Shown here: positions 11,339 through 24,029 of the stretch, one piece after another
How the letters are laid out: each line of letters begins with the position of its first letter
Position numbering within the stretch: position 1 is the first letter of the stretch
Assembly: GCA_977017575.1 (NCBI GenBank)
Contig: CDRNVI010000011.1
Span: 249,308-313,307, forward strand
Source of the DNA: Paramoeba atlantica
Lineage: Eukaryota > Protista > Discosea
Length of the DNA stretch: 64,000 nucleotides
Direction: 5' to 3'
Notes under the pieces: generated by a model
The model's database searches: none
What the model was told of the DNA's origin: nothing
The model's input: only the letters and a program-made list of their open reading frames with translations
Made by a program: the position numbers and the translations under genes

Positions 11339-12505
11339 CTGCCCCCCCCTATTTACTATTGAGTGCTCAACCCCCCCTATTTAGTGTTGAATTTTGGGTT
11401 CGGTGCGTATAGGCGCCGCGAAGCGGCGCTTGATTTTTTTTCCATAACGCTTTTTTTCTTATCTTTGCTTGTTATTTGTGATTGTTTACTCTCCCTCTCA
11501 TTCATTTTTACAAATAAATTTATAATTTATAGCAAAAATGAAAATTTAAATTTATGTTTATAAAAATCAATGAGAAAGCTTCCCAAGGATACTGATTTTT
11601 ACATCGACTTTTTACATCAGTTAAGAAGTTTTAGTTCAGTTCCGGTAAGTAAACATAGAGTAAGTAATGAAAATGCGTCGAGAGAAGCGCTCTTCCTAAC
11701 AACAAATTTATCTAAAAAAATTAACTACTGGTGGTAAATAAATTTACGAAGGCTTTTACAAAACAAAGAGGTGATCAGCACTTTCAGGGGAAATTCCTCT
11801 TCATTTTCTTCTGCTGCATCAAGAACCGGTACCACTGTAAGCAGTTCGCTCGCCCGGCGAATCGCTTCAAGGATGTTTTCTGGCTTATTTAGACTTTCCG
11901 GCGAAATTCCGACCTTACTCCACGCTTGAACATTGGCATGCCTCTGCCGATTATCATTAAGGTGGGCGTACGTTTTGATAATACTGTCAAGAAGCTGTGC
12001 TTTGCTTATTTTTGCTCCGATCGACCCAGTGTCACCGATTCGCTTTCCCTCAGTGTATTGACTCTGACAGTATTTCAGTAAGGCCATGGTTAGGTAGTCT
12101 AATAGTTTGGTTTCAAACGGTTAAAGAAACCCACATCACAAGGCTGAAGTCTTCATGTGCACTTTGCTGGAATGTATACAATTCGCAACCATGAAAAAGT
12201 GTCTTCGTTGCGCGCGATAAGTACAAAGCGCGTGGTATGTACGGAGCAGCAATCCAAGAGAAGAATCAAGGCAGGTTTTTGTTCAATTTGTAAAATATGT
12301 CCCCCCACAGGGCTTTCATACAAATGCCCCACAGCGTTCATAAAGTTGTATCCCCAACTGAGTGAAAAAAATACTATACTCATGGTTTTGAAAACAATAC
12401 GCCGCGAAGCGGCGCGCTTTTTTTTGAGAGGAGGAGATTTCTTACCCCCCCTATTTAGTGTTGAATTTTTCTGAATTTCACTCAACACTAAATAGGGGGG
12501 GACAG
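11339..12505 (-). mobile_element. Internally deleted pogo-like DNA transposon
   Basis: TIR CTG(T)CCCCCCCTATTTA at both ends (right end followed by TA, left preceded by TG). ORF 11725-12087 resembles a DDE_1 C-terminus (ISKAQLLDSIIKTYAHL..VQAWSKVGI). Confidence 0.55.
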
Positions 12506-12664
12506 TAAATAATAACTGTGAGAGGGATTTACTAGCTTAGAATTCTGCAAAGTAGAGAGCTGATTACAACCCGCACTGCTTTGTATCAGAGTAGAATTTC
12601 CTATAACATAACGTAAATATCCTCTCTTATGCGCACTCCTTAGTTTCTTGGTTATTTTTATTCA

Positions 12665-13267
12665 ATGTTCTATTCCCTGTTTGCCTTTCCCACAAAGGAC
12701 GAAAGATGCAGTTCTACACGTTTAGGGCGAGTCCGTGCGTCATTACCTCAGGAATATAAACTGTTGAAGTTCATTGAAAATGTATCCAATCATCATGCAT
12801 CGTGGGAGGCCGGTACCCCAGCCTGCGAATGGGATGGAGTAACCTGTAATCAAGAAGGCAAAGTTATGGGAATTGATTGGGCAGCGCGCAAATTAGAAGG
12901 TTCACTAGAATGGAAACACTTACCGGATACTCTTCTTAAATTGCGAATGTCATCGAACAAGCTCTCTGGTAGTATCGCGCTAGAAGATCTGCCACCCCAC
13001 CTGGAGTATCTCAGCTTAGGCAGCAATAACTTTACCGGAAGCATTAATCTTCAAGCTATGCCAAGAACAATGAAAAAGCTTCTGTTAGGTAACAATGAGC
13101 TCTCCGGTTCTGTTAGTTTTTTTAACCTTCCAGAAGACTTATCTTTCCTATATTTAGCGGATAATGCAGGCCTTTGGGGTGATATGGCTCGAAAAAAACT
13201 CTGTGAAAAACTGAAACGTTCAATTTATATAGATCGAACCGATTTAAGAGAGATAAATTCAAAATAA
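12665..13267 (+). CDS. Leucine-rich repeat protein (200 aa)
   Basis: PACEWDGVTCNQEGKV cap followed by LxxLxLxxNxxxGxI repeats. Confidence 0.78.
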   Translation: MFYSLFAFPTKDERCSSTRLGRVRASLPQEYKLLKFIENVSNHHASWEAGTPACEWDGVTCNQEGKVMGIDWAARKLEGSLEWKHLPDTLLKLRMSSNKLSGSIALEDLPPHLEYLSLGSNNFTGSINLQAMPRTMKKLLLGNNELSGSVSFFNLPEDLSFLYLADNAGLWGDMARKKLCEKLKRSIYIDRTDLREINSK

Positions 13268-13730
13268 CCGTCACAAGCCTACTGTAAAGCACCCAAAACG
13301 GCTGGGAAATATCTGGCATTCTTTGTAAATCGGTAAAGACACTACTTTCCACTACGTCTTTTTTTGTATCTTTTTGAAACAGTGTTTCGGAAAATCTAAT
13401 TATATTTCGGAAAAGGCGAATTCTCCTTCACTTCACCCATGTCTTCAACATCCTCAGGATTGTGTACTTATTTTCCGATCAAGGGCTGTAGAAGTGTTGC
13501 TTCCTAATCACGGGCTGCTGAAGGAACCTTCTTGTACTCCGCATGGTCCAAGTATTATGCGGGACGTATCCGGACGATCAAAATGTGCTGTTTTCATGAA
13601 TCCCAGCGCGACCCGAGTCGCATGAAACGAGGAAAGCTCGAACAAATAGACTAGACAAACACATTCTAGAGGCCATAGGTGTGCTGATGGGGGGGGGGTC
13701 AAGTGTGTTGGGGGGGACGGCTGGCCACCA

Positions 13731-13861
13731 AAATCCAAATCATTCCAGATTGCTCCGGACGGTCACTGGCAAGCCAGACCCTTCACAGACAGATTTTGAA
13801 ATTCCGAGGCCGACATCGTCTATCAGTTTCCACTTTTCCAAGGCGGCACCAACGTGATGTT
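13731..13861 (-). mobile_element. SINE-A 3' fragment (continues at 17653-17712)
   Basis: Reverse complement of the SINE-A 3' end and its GATTTG tail. It resumes after a 3.8-kb insertion flanked by the duplication CCAACGTGATGTT. Confidence 0.75.
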
Positions 13862-13980
13862 GGTGTGTCTGTACCTTGTTGAAAAAATTACTTTTCACAT
13901 AAGCAAATGTATCGGGTTTTCTGCGACGGGGGCCACTGTTTTGGGGAAAGGACATAAACTTTTTACGGTGACAAATACTA

Positions 13981-16661
13981 AACCGGGGGACGGAATAATA
14001 TTAAGATGCGGTTTATTATTAAGTTGCGGTTTATTATTAAGTTAGACAAGTTATTATTAAGCTAGACAGGTTATTATTAAGCTGGACAAGTTATTATTAA
14101 GTTGTCAAGTTATTATTAAGTTTGTGTTTTTCGATGGGAGAAGGAGATTTTTTCGCCGAAAGTTTGACCCTTCATAGATTGGCTCAGGCAGTGTGTGACC
14201 CAACCTACGTTCAGGAAAACGATGAGATTATGTCCCTTGAGGATGATGAAGGGGTAGAAATGCTTGATGACTCGTCGGACGTAATCGGTAGCGGAAGCGA
14301 TGGAGAAAGTGAAAGTGCTAGCGAGAGCGAAAGTGAAAGCAATTGTGAAAGCGAATGTGAAAGTGTGAATTCAAGCGAAGAAGAAATAGGATATAATGTT
14401 GAAAGTGCGAGCGAAAGTAAAATTAAGGGTAATTCAACTTCGGATGATGAAGATAACGGAGCGGAGCTGACTGTTGGAGGGAAAGACAAGAACGAGCGCA
14501 AAAAACAACATTGCGTAGTATATACGGGGCGTCATATAGACCAGGGTGTGCGCGGTCGAGTGGAATCCACGGCTAGACAAAAGCGTGTAATATATGAGGT
14601 GGCGGAGTGGCAAGAACTCAAAGTTTGAAGCACATGGTGCTCAGACGGCGAGTTCAAACCCACTCATCGCAATATTCCTGGCGGCCTCACTCTAAGAGGC
14701 TGGGCTGAGAACCGACTAGGCCCAGTACTCGGAGGACCGTCCCGGACCCTCCCCTCAGGGAACCAGCTCCCTTACCCGGCTTACACCTCTTGGGTAAGCC
14801 GTGTTGACGTACAATTCGTCGACGCAGCGTGTTGGCAACAGCACGTTGGTGCCGCCTTGGACAAGCGGAAACTGGTAGAGAACGTCGGCCTCGGAACTTC
14901 CAAATCTGTCTGTGAAGGGTCTGGCTTGCCAGCGACCGTCTGGAGCAACCCGGAATGATTTGGATTTGGATGATTTGGACGGCTAGACAAAAGCGTGTAA
15001 TATATCAGAAGTGGATTTCCTGGTCGCAACAAGATCGAGATGCTTATGGACCACTCCGCAAGTTAAACTCTTGGATCGACAAGCGATTCCCTAAGAAATG
15101 TGTCCACATTTTTAACAAAAAGCAAGTTATGGCATACTCTAATATTCCTAGGCATAGTCAAAAGCGTAAAAGGCATGTAAAGGGGCATAAACTGAAATGG
15201 TTAAAACAACAATTGCATTATTTTATTCTTGGATCTCGAGAGAACGATGCTTTGATAACAACCGAGATGGTGCGCCAAGAGGCATTTCGCATGCTGAAAA
15301 AGGAAAACCGCAAATCATCAGAGCAGAACAAAGCACGGGGGATTACAAGAGTAAGCGAACGTAGGATAGGGAGATTCCTCCACTCTTACAAATGGTCTAT
15401 AAGATTAGTAAAGAGATCAACTCAGCTATCAAGTGAAGAGATAAAGCAAAGAATTCATTCCTTTCATACGTTTGCCTATCGTTGTCTTAAAACAAAAAAG
15501 TTTCGTTCCGTTCTGAATTTTGATGAAATTCCCATATCATTTCGCGGGTCCATGAAATCTTTAAAAACAATTGCACAGCGAGGAGAAGAAGATGTACGAG
15601 GGCGTTGCAATCCGAATGATATGAAGCGATGCGCAACGCTTATCTGCGGTGCTGGCGTGAAACTGGACAAAAATGGAAGTCCAACGAGTCATTTCTTTCT
15701 AAAACCTTTTATCGTGTGGAAAGGAGCTGGAAAAGGATCTAGTCACGAGATATTTGATGCAAGGACGGCTCGAGCTTTTACTCCGAAAGGTGTCGTGAAC
15801 AAAGATTTTTTTCTCCAAGACTTTATTTCCTTTCTCAAACGTGAACTGGATATAAATGACGCAGGCCACACTTTAATTTATCTAGACTCCTGCCGATCTC
15901 ACATAACAAGTGACGTTCTCGATGCGTTTGCCACTGTGGCTAACTGCTAATGTGCCATATTACCCCCTGCAACAACATCCTGGATCCAATGGATTGATGT
16001 ATTTTATGCTTCGTGGACAAACGCGAGCAAGTAAACATTTGGCACAGAGAACAACATATCCGTCGGACCGCCCGCCAAAAGAGACAATGGATGCATAATG
16101 CCGTTGCCCGAGCGCACGAACAAGTTATAAACCTCGACAACGACTCTCTTGATGAATCAGGGACCCTTTCCTCTTCTATGAACGTTGTTCAACAATTCAA
16201 AAGCTTGGGGTATATCGACCCTTGTGATGCATCGTGGTCGCATGTGAAATGTTTAGAAGGATATGTCTTTGTTCCACCAAGCGATGACGATGAGAGAGAC
16301 GAAGCTAAGAGAATCGAAGATGCCTTTAAGCGTGGGAAAAGCGTCCAGGCACGAAAATCATTCCAAGGACGGCTCGATAAATGGTGTAACCCACGACGCT
16401 CCACCGAATAAAGGTAAAGAAAAGAAAGATTTATGAAGTTTATGAAGTCGGGTAAAGATTCAGATAAAAAAAATATTCTTAAAGATTGCATACATAAAAA
16501 AACAATTTGTTAATTTTATTACAAACTTAATAATAACCCGCTGACAAGTTAATATTAAGTTTCACAACGTTGACAGGTTATTATTAAGTTTGACAGGTTA
16601 TTATTAAGTTGTCAAGTTATTATTAAGTTTCAACAACTTAATATTATTCCGTCCCCCGGTT
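13981..16661 (+). mobile_element. pogo/Tigger-like DDE DNA transposon, disrupted
   Basis: Perfect 25-bp TIR AACCGGGGGACGGAATAATATTAAG, TA TSD (13979-80 and 16662-63) and subterminal GACAAGTTATTATTAAG repeats. The transposase is split over 14122-14595, 15006-15950 and 16013-16411 (CENP-B-like HTH, VLNFDEIPI, IYLDSCRSH). Confidence 0.85.
14596..14978 (+). mobile_element. SINE-A, full-length tRNA-derived SINE
   Basis: A box TGGCGGAGTGG, B box GAGTTCAAAC, variable-arm hairpin AGCAC-ATG-GTGCT, GATTTG tail and a 27-bp TSD ACGGCTAGACAAAAGCGTGTAATATAT (14569-95 and 14979-15005). Removing it restores the reading ...STARQKRVIYQKW... Confidence 0.85.
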
Positions 16662-16819
16662 TACAAGCGATCGGGCACTTACGCAAGTTTTTTGAGAAAA
16701 ACTTGGTTCGGCGAGATAAAATACCCCATGATGAAGGGATGGCCAATTGACCCGATGGGCGCGAATCGGATCAATATTGAAAAATTACCTTGTTAAAAAT
16801 TTACACAACACCATTTTAC

Positions 16820-17330
16820 CCTGCGCCCCCTTCTTCGCTGCCTCTTTTCCCCCCTCCTGCGCTGACTTCGTCGCCCCCCCCTTTCGCCCCCCGCCCTCCC
16901 CGCCCACTGCTCTGCGCGTCCTTCGCCGCCCCGCTCACCACCAGCGCCGCCCTCCTGCCCCCCCTCCTGCGCGTCCTTCGCCGCCCCGCTTACCCACCAC
17001 CAGCGCCGCCCTCCTGGCCCCCCTCCTGCGCTCCTGCCCCCCCTTCACCCCCTGCTTCGCCGCCCCTTTCATCCCCCTTCGCCGCCCTTTTCGCCGCCCC
17101 TTCACCGCCCCCTTCGCCCTCTTCGCCCCCCCTTCTCCGTCCCCTTCTCCGCCCCCTTCTCCGCCCTTCGCCGACCCCCTCGTCGCCCCTTCGCCGCCCC
17201 CTTCGCCGACTTCTCTCACCGCCACTCTCTCCGTCGCGCTCCCCGCCGCGCTCTCCCGCCGCTGCACTCTCCCCCGCCCTTTCGATCTCCACCGCGCCTC
17301 TTTTCGCCGCCCTTCGGCGCCCCTATCTCC
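16820..17330. repeat. C-rich low-complexity tract (G-rich on the - strand)
   Basis: Degenerate CGCCGCCCCTT/CCCCTCC units; the overlapping Pro- or Gly-rich ORFs are compositional artefacts. Confidence 0.8.
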
Positions 17331-18425
17331 CATGTTGTGGAGCTACCCGGTGTCAGCACAACAAGACGTCAAGAAACTAGGGCAGTTTCCACGCAACAAT
17401 TTAAGGCAGAGTAGTGGATTAACTTGTTAATCCACGCTGGGGGGTAGCGAACCCCTCCTGCCCTGGAGCTGTTAATTATTGACTTCCTTTCATAGGAGGA
17501 TAAGTCGGGTGTGTGCCCTCTATGGTTGAGATTACTCCTGTGTTGGTACAGATGCTTCGAGCATCAGCATCCGCACAGCGGACCTAGGCTGGAACTAGGG
17601 GGCCATATCTCTTCGGAGACAAATGGCCCTGTGTATTACTACTACTACTACTCCAAACGTGATGTTACCAACACGTTGCGCTGACGAATAGTACTTCAAC
17701 ACGGCTTACCAACCAGCCAACACTGGGAAAATTTCCCAGTTAATGGATTTACAATTTTCTTCTGAACATACACCCTTCCTCCTAACCGCGCGGGGCTAAT
17801 TTACAGAAAATTTTTCAAAAACAAACAGACTTTGTATTTTATGGATCCTAATCATTCGATCCCTATGACACCTCAGTACTTAGCTTTCGTTTGCTGTGTA
17901 AGGCACTTACCGATGTGAGCACGACAGCAAACGGGTTAGTTCTCATCTGTATTCTGAATCATGCAGCGATACAAAGAAATTATTGGAACTAAATTGCACC
18001 TCCTTAAAGTCGTGTTAATCCCAGAAATTAACACGACTTTTGTTGACATAACTTAATTTCCCCCCTGCATTCGATCTCGAACTTAACAATACCTGCGTTG
18101 TTTTCGTAGTCTTATGACGACCTTCTTTGAGTTTTTCACCTGTTGAAACTTTGGTATCTTCCTCTCCTGTATCTTTTAACCTCTTCTTTTGCGGATGATT
18201 CGAACGCGCTTTTACTAGTATATTTGTATTAGGTCGAGCTGTTCGTGGAGGCTCTGGGGCAGAATCTTTGTTTTTCTGCTTTTTCGTATTTAACACAGTT
18301 GAGGTCATGTTGCGCGTCGAATTCCTAGATCGTTTGACGGTATGTTGATCACTGCTTTCCTGATTATCGTTTTTCTTATACGTATTATCGTTTAATATCT
18401 TATCGTTAATATCTTATCGTTTTTC

Positions 18426-19266
18426 TTATATGTATTTTTGACAGTTTCCGCGTATTTTGGATTTTGCAGACAGCGGTTCCTTGAACGTTTTTTCAGTTGG
18501 CTGAGATTGTTCTGTATTGGTACCTTGTCGCTTACGCTGAGTTTTAGCTAAGCGGGGACCCAGGTTTTGACCCGTCTTTCTTTTCCCTTCCAGAAACAGC
18601 ACGTCTCCCAAATACTTAACAGAAAGCTCGTGTTTTGCTAGCTCAAAAGCCTCTTTCGCCATGGAGTCGGCTGTGTCGTTGTATGAATTTTCGTTATGGG
18701 ATTTTACTTTTACGCAATAAAAATTTCTGTTGGTCTTAATGTAAAAGTAAGCATCTTTTAGCAATTCCATTGTCTTACCGTCTTCGAAGGATTGGTAACC
18801 TATGAGCCTATACATGTATCTGTGAACAATTTCGTTAAAGAATTCCCATATATTCAAAATTTGTGTGTAAGATGACGTCTCCCTCGTACGATTGTGCACC
18901 TTTTATGGCCTCAATTGCTGCATATGATTCGATCGATTGAATTGAGCTGGAATATTCTAGAGGAGGTTTCATCCCCTTAAACTGTGTGCGCTCGCTTCCT
19001 CTCAGAATTACGATGCCGCATCCCTGGAGTTGTTGATTCTTTTTGTAAATAAGCCACCCGTCAGTGTAAATATGTGTTTCATTCTCTCTGATGGGAAACG
19101 CTGTTTTTCCTTCTTCGATGAATTGTAATTCCTTGTATCCGACCTGACGAGCAATTGACATATGATAGCATTTGCCCCAAGACGGCTGCCGCAAAGGGAC
19201 TGAAATCGCCGATCCACGAGTTTGCGCTTTGTCTGGCACCTCGTTTTCGTGAGAATCAGCAGTCAT
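18426..19266 (-). pseudogene. Degenerate non-LTR retrotransposon 3' fragment, RNase H
   Basis: THIYTDGW, SIESYAAIEAI, LHT(N) and CVKVKSHNENSYNDTAD across two frames. Confidence 0.75.
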
Positions 19267-20339
19267 TGAATGGATGAAGGGAACTAAGCATAACGTTTCA
19301 ATGATTTCCGTAAATGAAAATATTAGAAATTTACACCACTTTTACTCAACCTTTTTGGTCAAAAAAATGGTCAGTTTTTTTTCGGACAACTCTTTTCGTC
19401 ATTTTTCAAAACGGCACTATAAGTGATGCGGCACTATAAGTTCACCGCGTCACTAAGAGCGGGGGGCCAAAGTATCTTTTGTCGAGTTTACCCTCGAGTC
19501 CTAACAAACTAAGGTAAAACTATGAATAATTCGGGTACTTCTCTACCTCTTTGATTAATCAACAGAGTGGCTGCCACTTCGTCGATGAATAAGCGAATAG
19601 GAAATTAAAAATACGCAATCCTGCGGAAGTGGCAGACATAGGTCCTCAGTGCACGACCCGCGCGCTGGAGCGCGCGAGTCGCCAAAAAATATAATTATGT
19701 CCCAGGGCTACGCTCACAGTTGGGCCTTGCTCGCAAACGGGGACTTTTACCTCCAGAAGTCCAATCCAATCCAAAAAGGCCGATTTACATTGGCTGATAA
19801 AACTACTATTTTGTTTTTCGTGAAGACACCTTCCTCTTAGGTGAATCTTCCCTCTCATTATCCACCTTTTAGAGAAGCACTCTTGATTGTTCATAACTTT
19901 TATCTTTTTCAACATTATGAGCATCACTCTCTTCGGACGATTTTACTCCAGTACTAGTGGGAAGTAATGTGCCCCTGTTGTTGACCGGTTCTCCCCCAGT
20001 GTTAGATATCTTGCGTTTGTTTTTGGCAACACGTTGAACATTAGCTTTTGGACGTAATATGCCCTTCTTTTGGGGAGAGTCTACAAGCTCCTCCGTATTC
20101 TTATTTAACGTTTTCTTCCTCCTAATTTATAGGGAAGGAACAGGCTTACCAGAGCAAGTGCTAACGCATCCGCTTTTTCATTGTGGGGATTACCATTGTG
20201 TGATTTCACCTTACTCGCATAACTTTTTATATTCTTAGCTTGTAGGGAACGAATCTCAAAATCAAGGTCTTTTAATACCTTTTCATTTTGTACTTTCTCA
20301 TCCGGAACTAGACCGCCAACACAAGCTTCCCACTCAGCA

Positions 20340-20620
20340 CCTGCAGTAGAAGCCTATGCGGCAATCGAGGCTCTTAATCAAGCGAATTATTATGGCAACG
20401 ACATCTTCCTACATACTGATTCTGAATACATATGGAATTTTTTCCACAACGTCATGCAAATATATCGTCTCATCGGGTTCTTAGCTTTTGAGGGAAACGA
20501 ACTTCTTACACAGCTTCAGAAAACATATTCGAGCATTCGAGTTACTAAAAGGATTTTTTGTGTCAAAGTAAAAGCGCACAACGAAAATCCCTACAATGAC
20601 AGTGCGGATTCCCTGACAAT
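20340..20620 (+). pseudogene. RNase H fragment of a non-LTR retrotransposon
   Basis: Manual translation VEAYAAIEAL...FLHTDSEYIWNFF...CVKVKAHNENPYNDSADS. Confidence 0.7.
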
Positions 20621-21419
20621 TTAGTAGCACTTCGTCCTGCTAAATGTTTAAGATAGCGTTATAAAACACGAACTACAGAAGAAATTTCGTCGCAGGAACA
20701 AAAAAATAAGCACAACATTGTCCGGCCATCAAAGGACAATGCATCCTCGGGCAAGCGCTCAAGAAACGTACGACCGGAAGAAACGCAGAAAAAGCAAAAA
20801 GATTTACGCAGCGAGGGAAGAAAACCATGCACACTTCAAGACAAGACTGATAAAGCATTGAAGGAAAGATTTCCGCAAATAAAAAGGTCCCATTCGTCAA
20901 GCGAAATCCATGATAACACCAATCATAAAGTTCTGAAATCAAAATTGGTAACTACACGCAAGTTGTCTACGAATGAAAAAGGTGGATCATCATCAAAATG
21001 CACGGTGAAAGGGGAAAAGAAAAAAGGGGGAAAGAAGAAAGAAGTCCTACATAAAACGAGAGCTAATGAATCTGAAGAAAGCAGTGATAGGGTGCCTTAA
21101 CAAAATATAATTGTATCTGGGCTCACTTATTGGAAAGTGTGGAAATGTTTCGTTGATGCTGTCGTGATTGCTACGGTTTAAAACCGGATATTTTAGCTGA
21201 GTACTAAAGTTCAATACTCACATACAATTGATGAGGAATTATGAAATTTTCAAAATGAGACGTTGTTTGAAAAGTTTCCGTAAAGAAATCGGGGCCAGAA
21301 GCGGAAAGAACTATACTATTTTTGATAAAACTGTAAAACTCTTAACTGAAGGAAACTTCAGTTACGGGTGCATCTATGTAAATATGAGCTTCTTTATCTT
21401 TAATAGGGAATGAGTCGCT

Positions 21420-22879
21420 ACCTTCTTCCAAGAATTGTAAATCACATAAGTTTTCCTTTTCGACGCCACGCTTATAGAGACTTCCATTGTGATGTTATAA
21501 CGCGAGTATTATTCGGCAGTGGTCCTAGTGTTTGCTGCAAACTATAGCAGAGTGCGCCAGTGATCGCGATCTTGGGGGTATACTAAGGTCTCTTCCAGAG
21601 TTATCCCTAAGTCTCTAATGCATGCCTCAGCTGGTGACATAGTGCGTGGTGTTTCTCGGCATTTCCATTTTAGAAGGTGCTGAAAAGTCGGGGAATGTCA
21701 GAGGGTATGGCCAACAAGCTTTACGCGGCTCACGTGGTGCACGGTTGAGAATCGTGGCGTTCCAAAATACAGAGACTCCAGTGGGTAACAGTGCCCAAGT
21801 TCGTCCAGCTTCGCGCATTGACAAGCGAATCTCCGCATCATATTGATTTCAACCTCAATTGAGCGAACCATGTAATTGGGAATCGTTATAGCAGCTGCTC
21901 CAAATGTGAGTACGGGGTATACCAGGCAGTCAAATAATGGCAATTTTGTCGCCACGCTCAGTGGTGATTCCCAAATGCCCTTGAGTTTCCGAAACCCTGC
22001 CCACGTTAGTCGGAGCCTATCTTTCACAGAAGAGGAATAGTTGGACGCATCTTGCATATTCCCTAAATAACGGTATTTGTCGACATATGGAATCTTGCCG
22101 AATGAGTTACTACGTAGATCGCGCGTCCCACCAGGAATTTTTCCAAAAGCCAACCAAACAGTTTTATTCTGGCCAACGGCGATGTGTAAATTAGCTTGTT
22201 TCGCTTCGTGTGCGGTAGAGTCAATCATCTTTGACAGTTCACCCTTTGTGGGAGCCAGCAGGGCAATTTCATCAGCACAGTTAATAGCCCGCAACCTCAC
22301 CTCTTGGATTCCAGATTTATCTCTGGATGCTCGAGTCTTCGTTTCATTAAGCAACCGCTGAGCCCCTGCAGTCGATCGTTCTGATCGAAAACCAAATTGA
22401 CTCCCGCGAAGCACTGATTCAATCGAAGGCCGAATGCGCTGCAATATCATCAGTTTGACTACGCTTTTGACAAGGCATATGGGGCGCCAATTGTTGATTT
22501 GAGTAAGATTACCCTTTTTCGGAATTGAAACTTGTAGCACGTTCTTCCAACAGCCGGGGGCAACACCAGTTTCGGAGACATTATTGATAAGATCAGGGAG
22601 TGTGCGCCGTAATTTTCCGTGTTCCACCATCATAATAAGCACTTCGACGGGTATTTCATCAATTCCAAGGGCTTTGTTTCGTGCTAGCCTGGGGGCTCTA
22701 ATCTGAAGCTCTTCTTCGGTAAACCATTCATCTCTTATTGGAATCAATGATTTCCTCGCCTCGTCAAATTCGATGTCTCGGTTTCTCCGATCGTCGTTTC
22801 CTATGTTTGAAAAGAAATCGCAAACCACTTTAAAAGTGGTTATAAATTGGGACCCTATGGCCCCAATCCTCTTCGCCAT
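21420..22879 (-). pseudogene. Degenerate RT fragment of a non-LTR retrotransposon with an internal deletion
   Basis: KALGIDEIP, IPKKGNLTQINNWRPICL, SQFGFRSERST, CADEIALL and YRYLG; the DFxKAF-QGD block is missing. Confidence 0.85.
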
Positions 22880-23326
22880 CGGGATTCAAAGGGCGATTTC
22901 CAAGGTGGCAGCCAAGTTCACAGGCTATAGTGGGATAAAGTGGAATAAAAAATGGTGACTTGATGCATGATGTGGATCTTCAGCTCCGATTCCTAAATTT
23001 TAATTCTTATACCATATACTTGTGCAACGTAACGGCGCACATTGGAAATACATGGAATGAAGAGGCAGAGCCTAGCACTTTTAGCAGCGCGTAAAGTGGC
23101 TTGGCCTCCGATACCAAAAAGGAGAAAACCAACTGACAAATCGGAAAATGAGGAGAATTCACAGCCGTTATGGCCTTTAAAGGCCTTACTCAAAAGGATA
23201 TCCCTTGTAAATGGGCCAGCGCGAGACATTCCTGCATCCAAGCGCGAAGCTGAGGCACGGAGTGTGCTTCGAGGTAAGGTTGCGAGAACTGGCGGTAATA
23301 GGAAACCCATCATAGCACATTTATAA

Positions 23327-23802
23327 TGCATACTAAGGCACATTTATAATGCATATTAATACGGCACATTATAATGCATATAGCACATCGATGATGCATA
23401 TAGCACAAAACATTTCCACCAGGCGGACTAGCCGAAAAATACATTTAGCCAGGGACGCAAATGGGTTTCACCTTTGCTCCCGGTGAGGCCCCGGAGTTGC
23501 GAGAGGCCTCCATACCCCACAACTACCACCTTCCCCCCCTATTTAGCGGGGGTGGCGCGAGCGACCCCTGATAAATGGGGGGAAGGTGGTAGTTGTTTTG
23601 GGGAATATGAGAGACCGAACGCACGGAGGGGCCGGCCGGTCCAATAACCCCAGACCTTGTTTACCCGTCTGCGACATAAACCGGTGAATGCTGCAAAAAA
23701 AAATAAGTTGAGGTGTCCAAAAAAATCACTATTGTTATATGCATTATAAATGTGCTATATGCATTAGCAATGTGCAGCTTAATATGCATTATAAATGTGC
23801 GG
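23327..23802. repeat. MITE-like unit with inverted arrays of GCACATTTATAATGCATA
   Basis: Four to five copies on + at 23327-23410 and three on - at 23737-23802. The interior has an ~80-bp palindrome (23520-23597). Confidence 0.55.
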
Positions 23803-24029
23803 GTGCCAAACCGTCCAAGTAAGGAAAGAATTGATGGAATCGCATCTTTGTAAACTTGGAGGGATTATCTGTAGGTTATGGGAAAAATATTGTTTTTTTG
23901 TACCGTATCACACACATATATTACATACTTAAGTATATAATAACGAACTTGGAGGTGATAGATGAAAGCTTTCAAGGTGACAGTGTTAAGTTTTTCAACC
24001 GACTTTAAGTCGGTCTTATTGGATTGGAT

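Larger units (their letters stand above)
13862..17652 (+). mobile_element. Putative non-autonomous retroposon with a structured 3' end and (TAC)n tail, itself interrupted by a pogo element
   Basis: 13-14-bp TSD at 13849-13861 and 17653-17666, (TAC)n at 17637-17652, C-rich tract at 16820-17330 and a hairpin cluster at 17405-17628. Confidence 0.55.

Noticed and set aside
14680-14800. HDV-like ribozyme in the SINE-A body
   Set aside because: A P3/L3-like hairpin exists (CCT-CCCCTC-AGG), but P1.1 GG and a P2 partner are not in the required order.
16747-17430. Pro-rich or Gly-rich ORFs on both strands
   Set aside because: They are open only because the C-rich tract lacks stop codons; no domain content.
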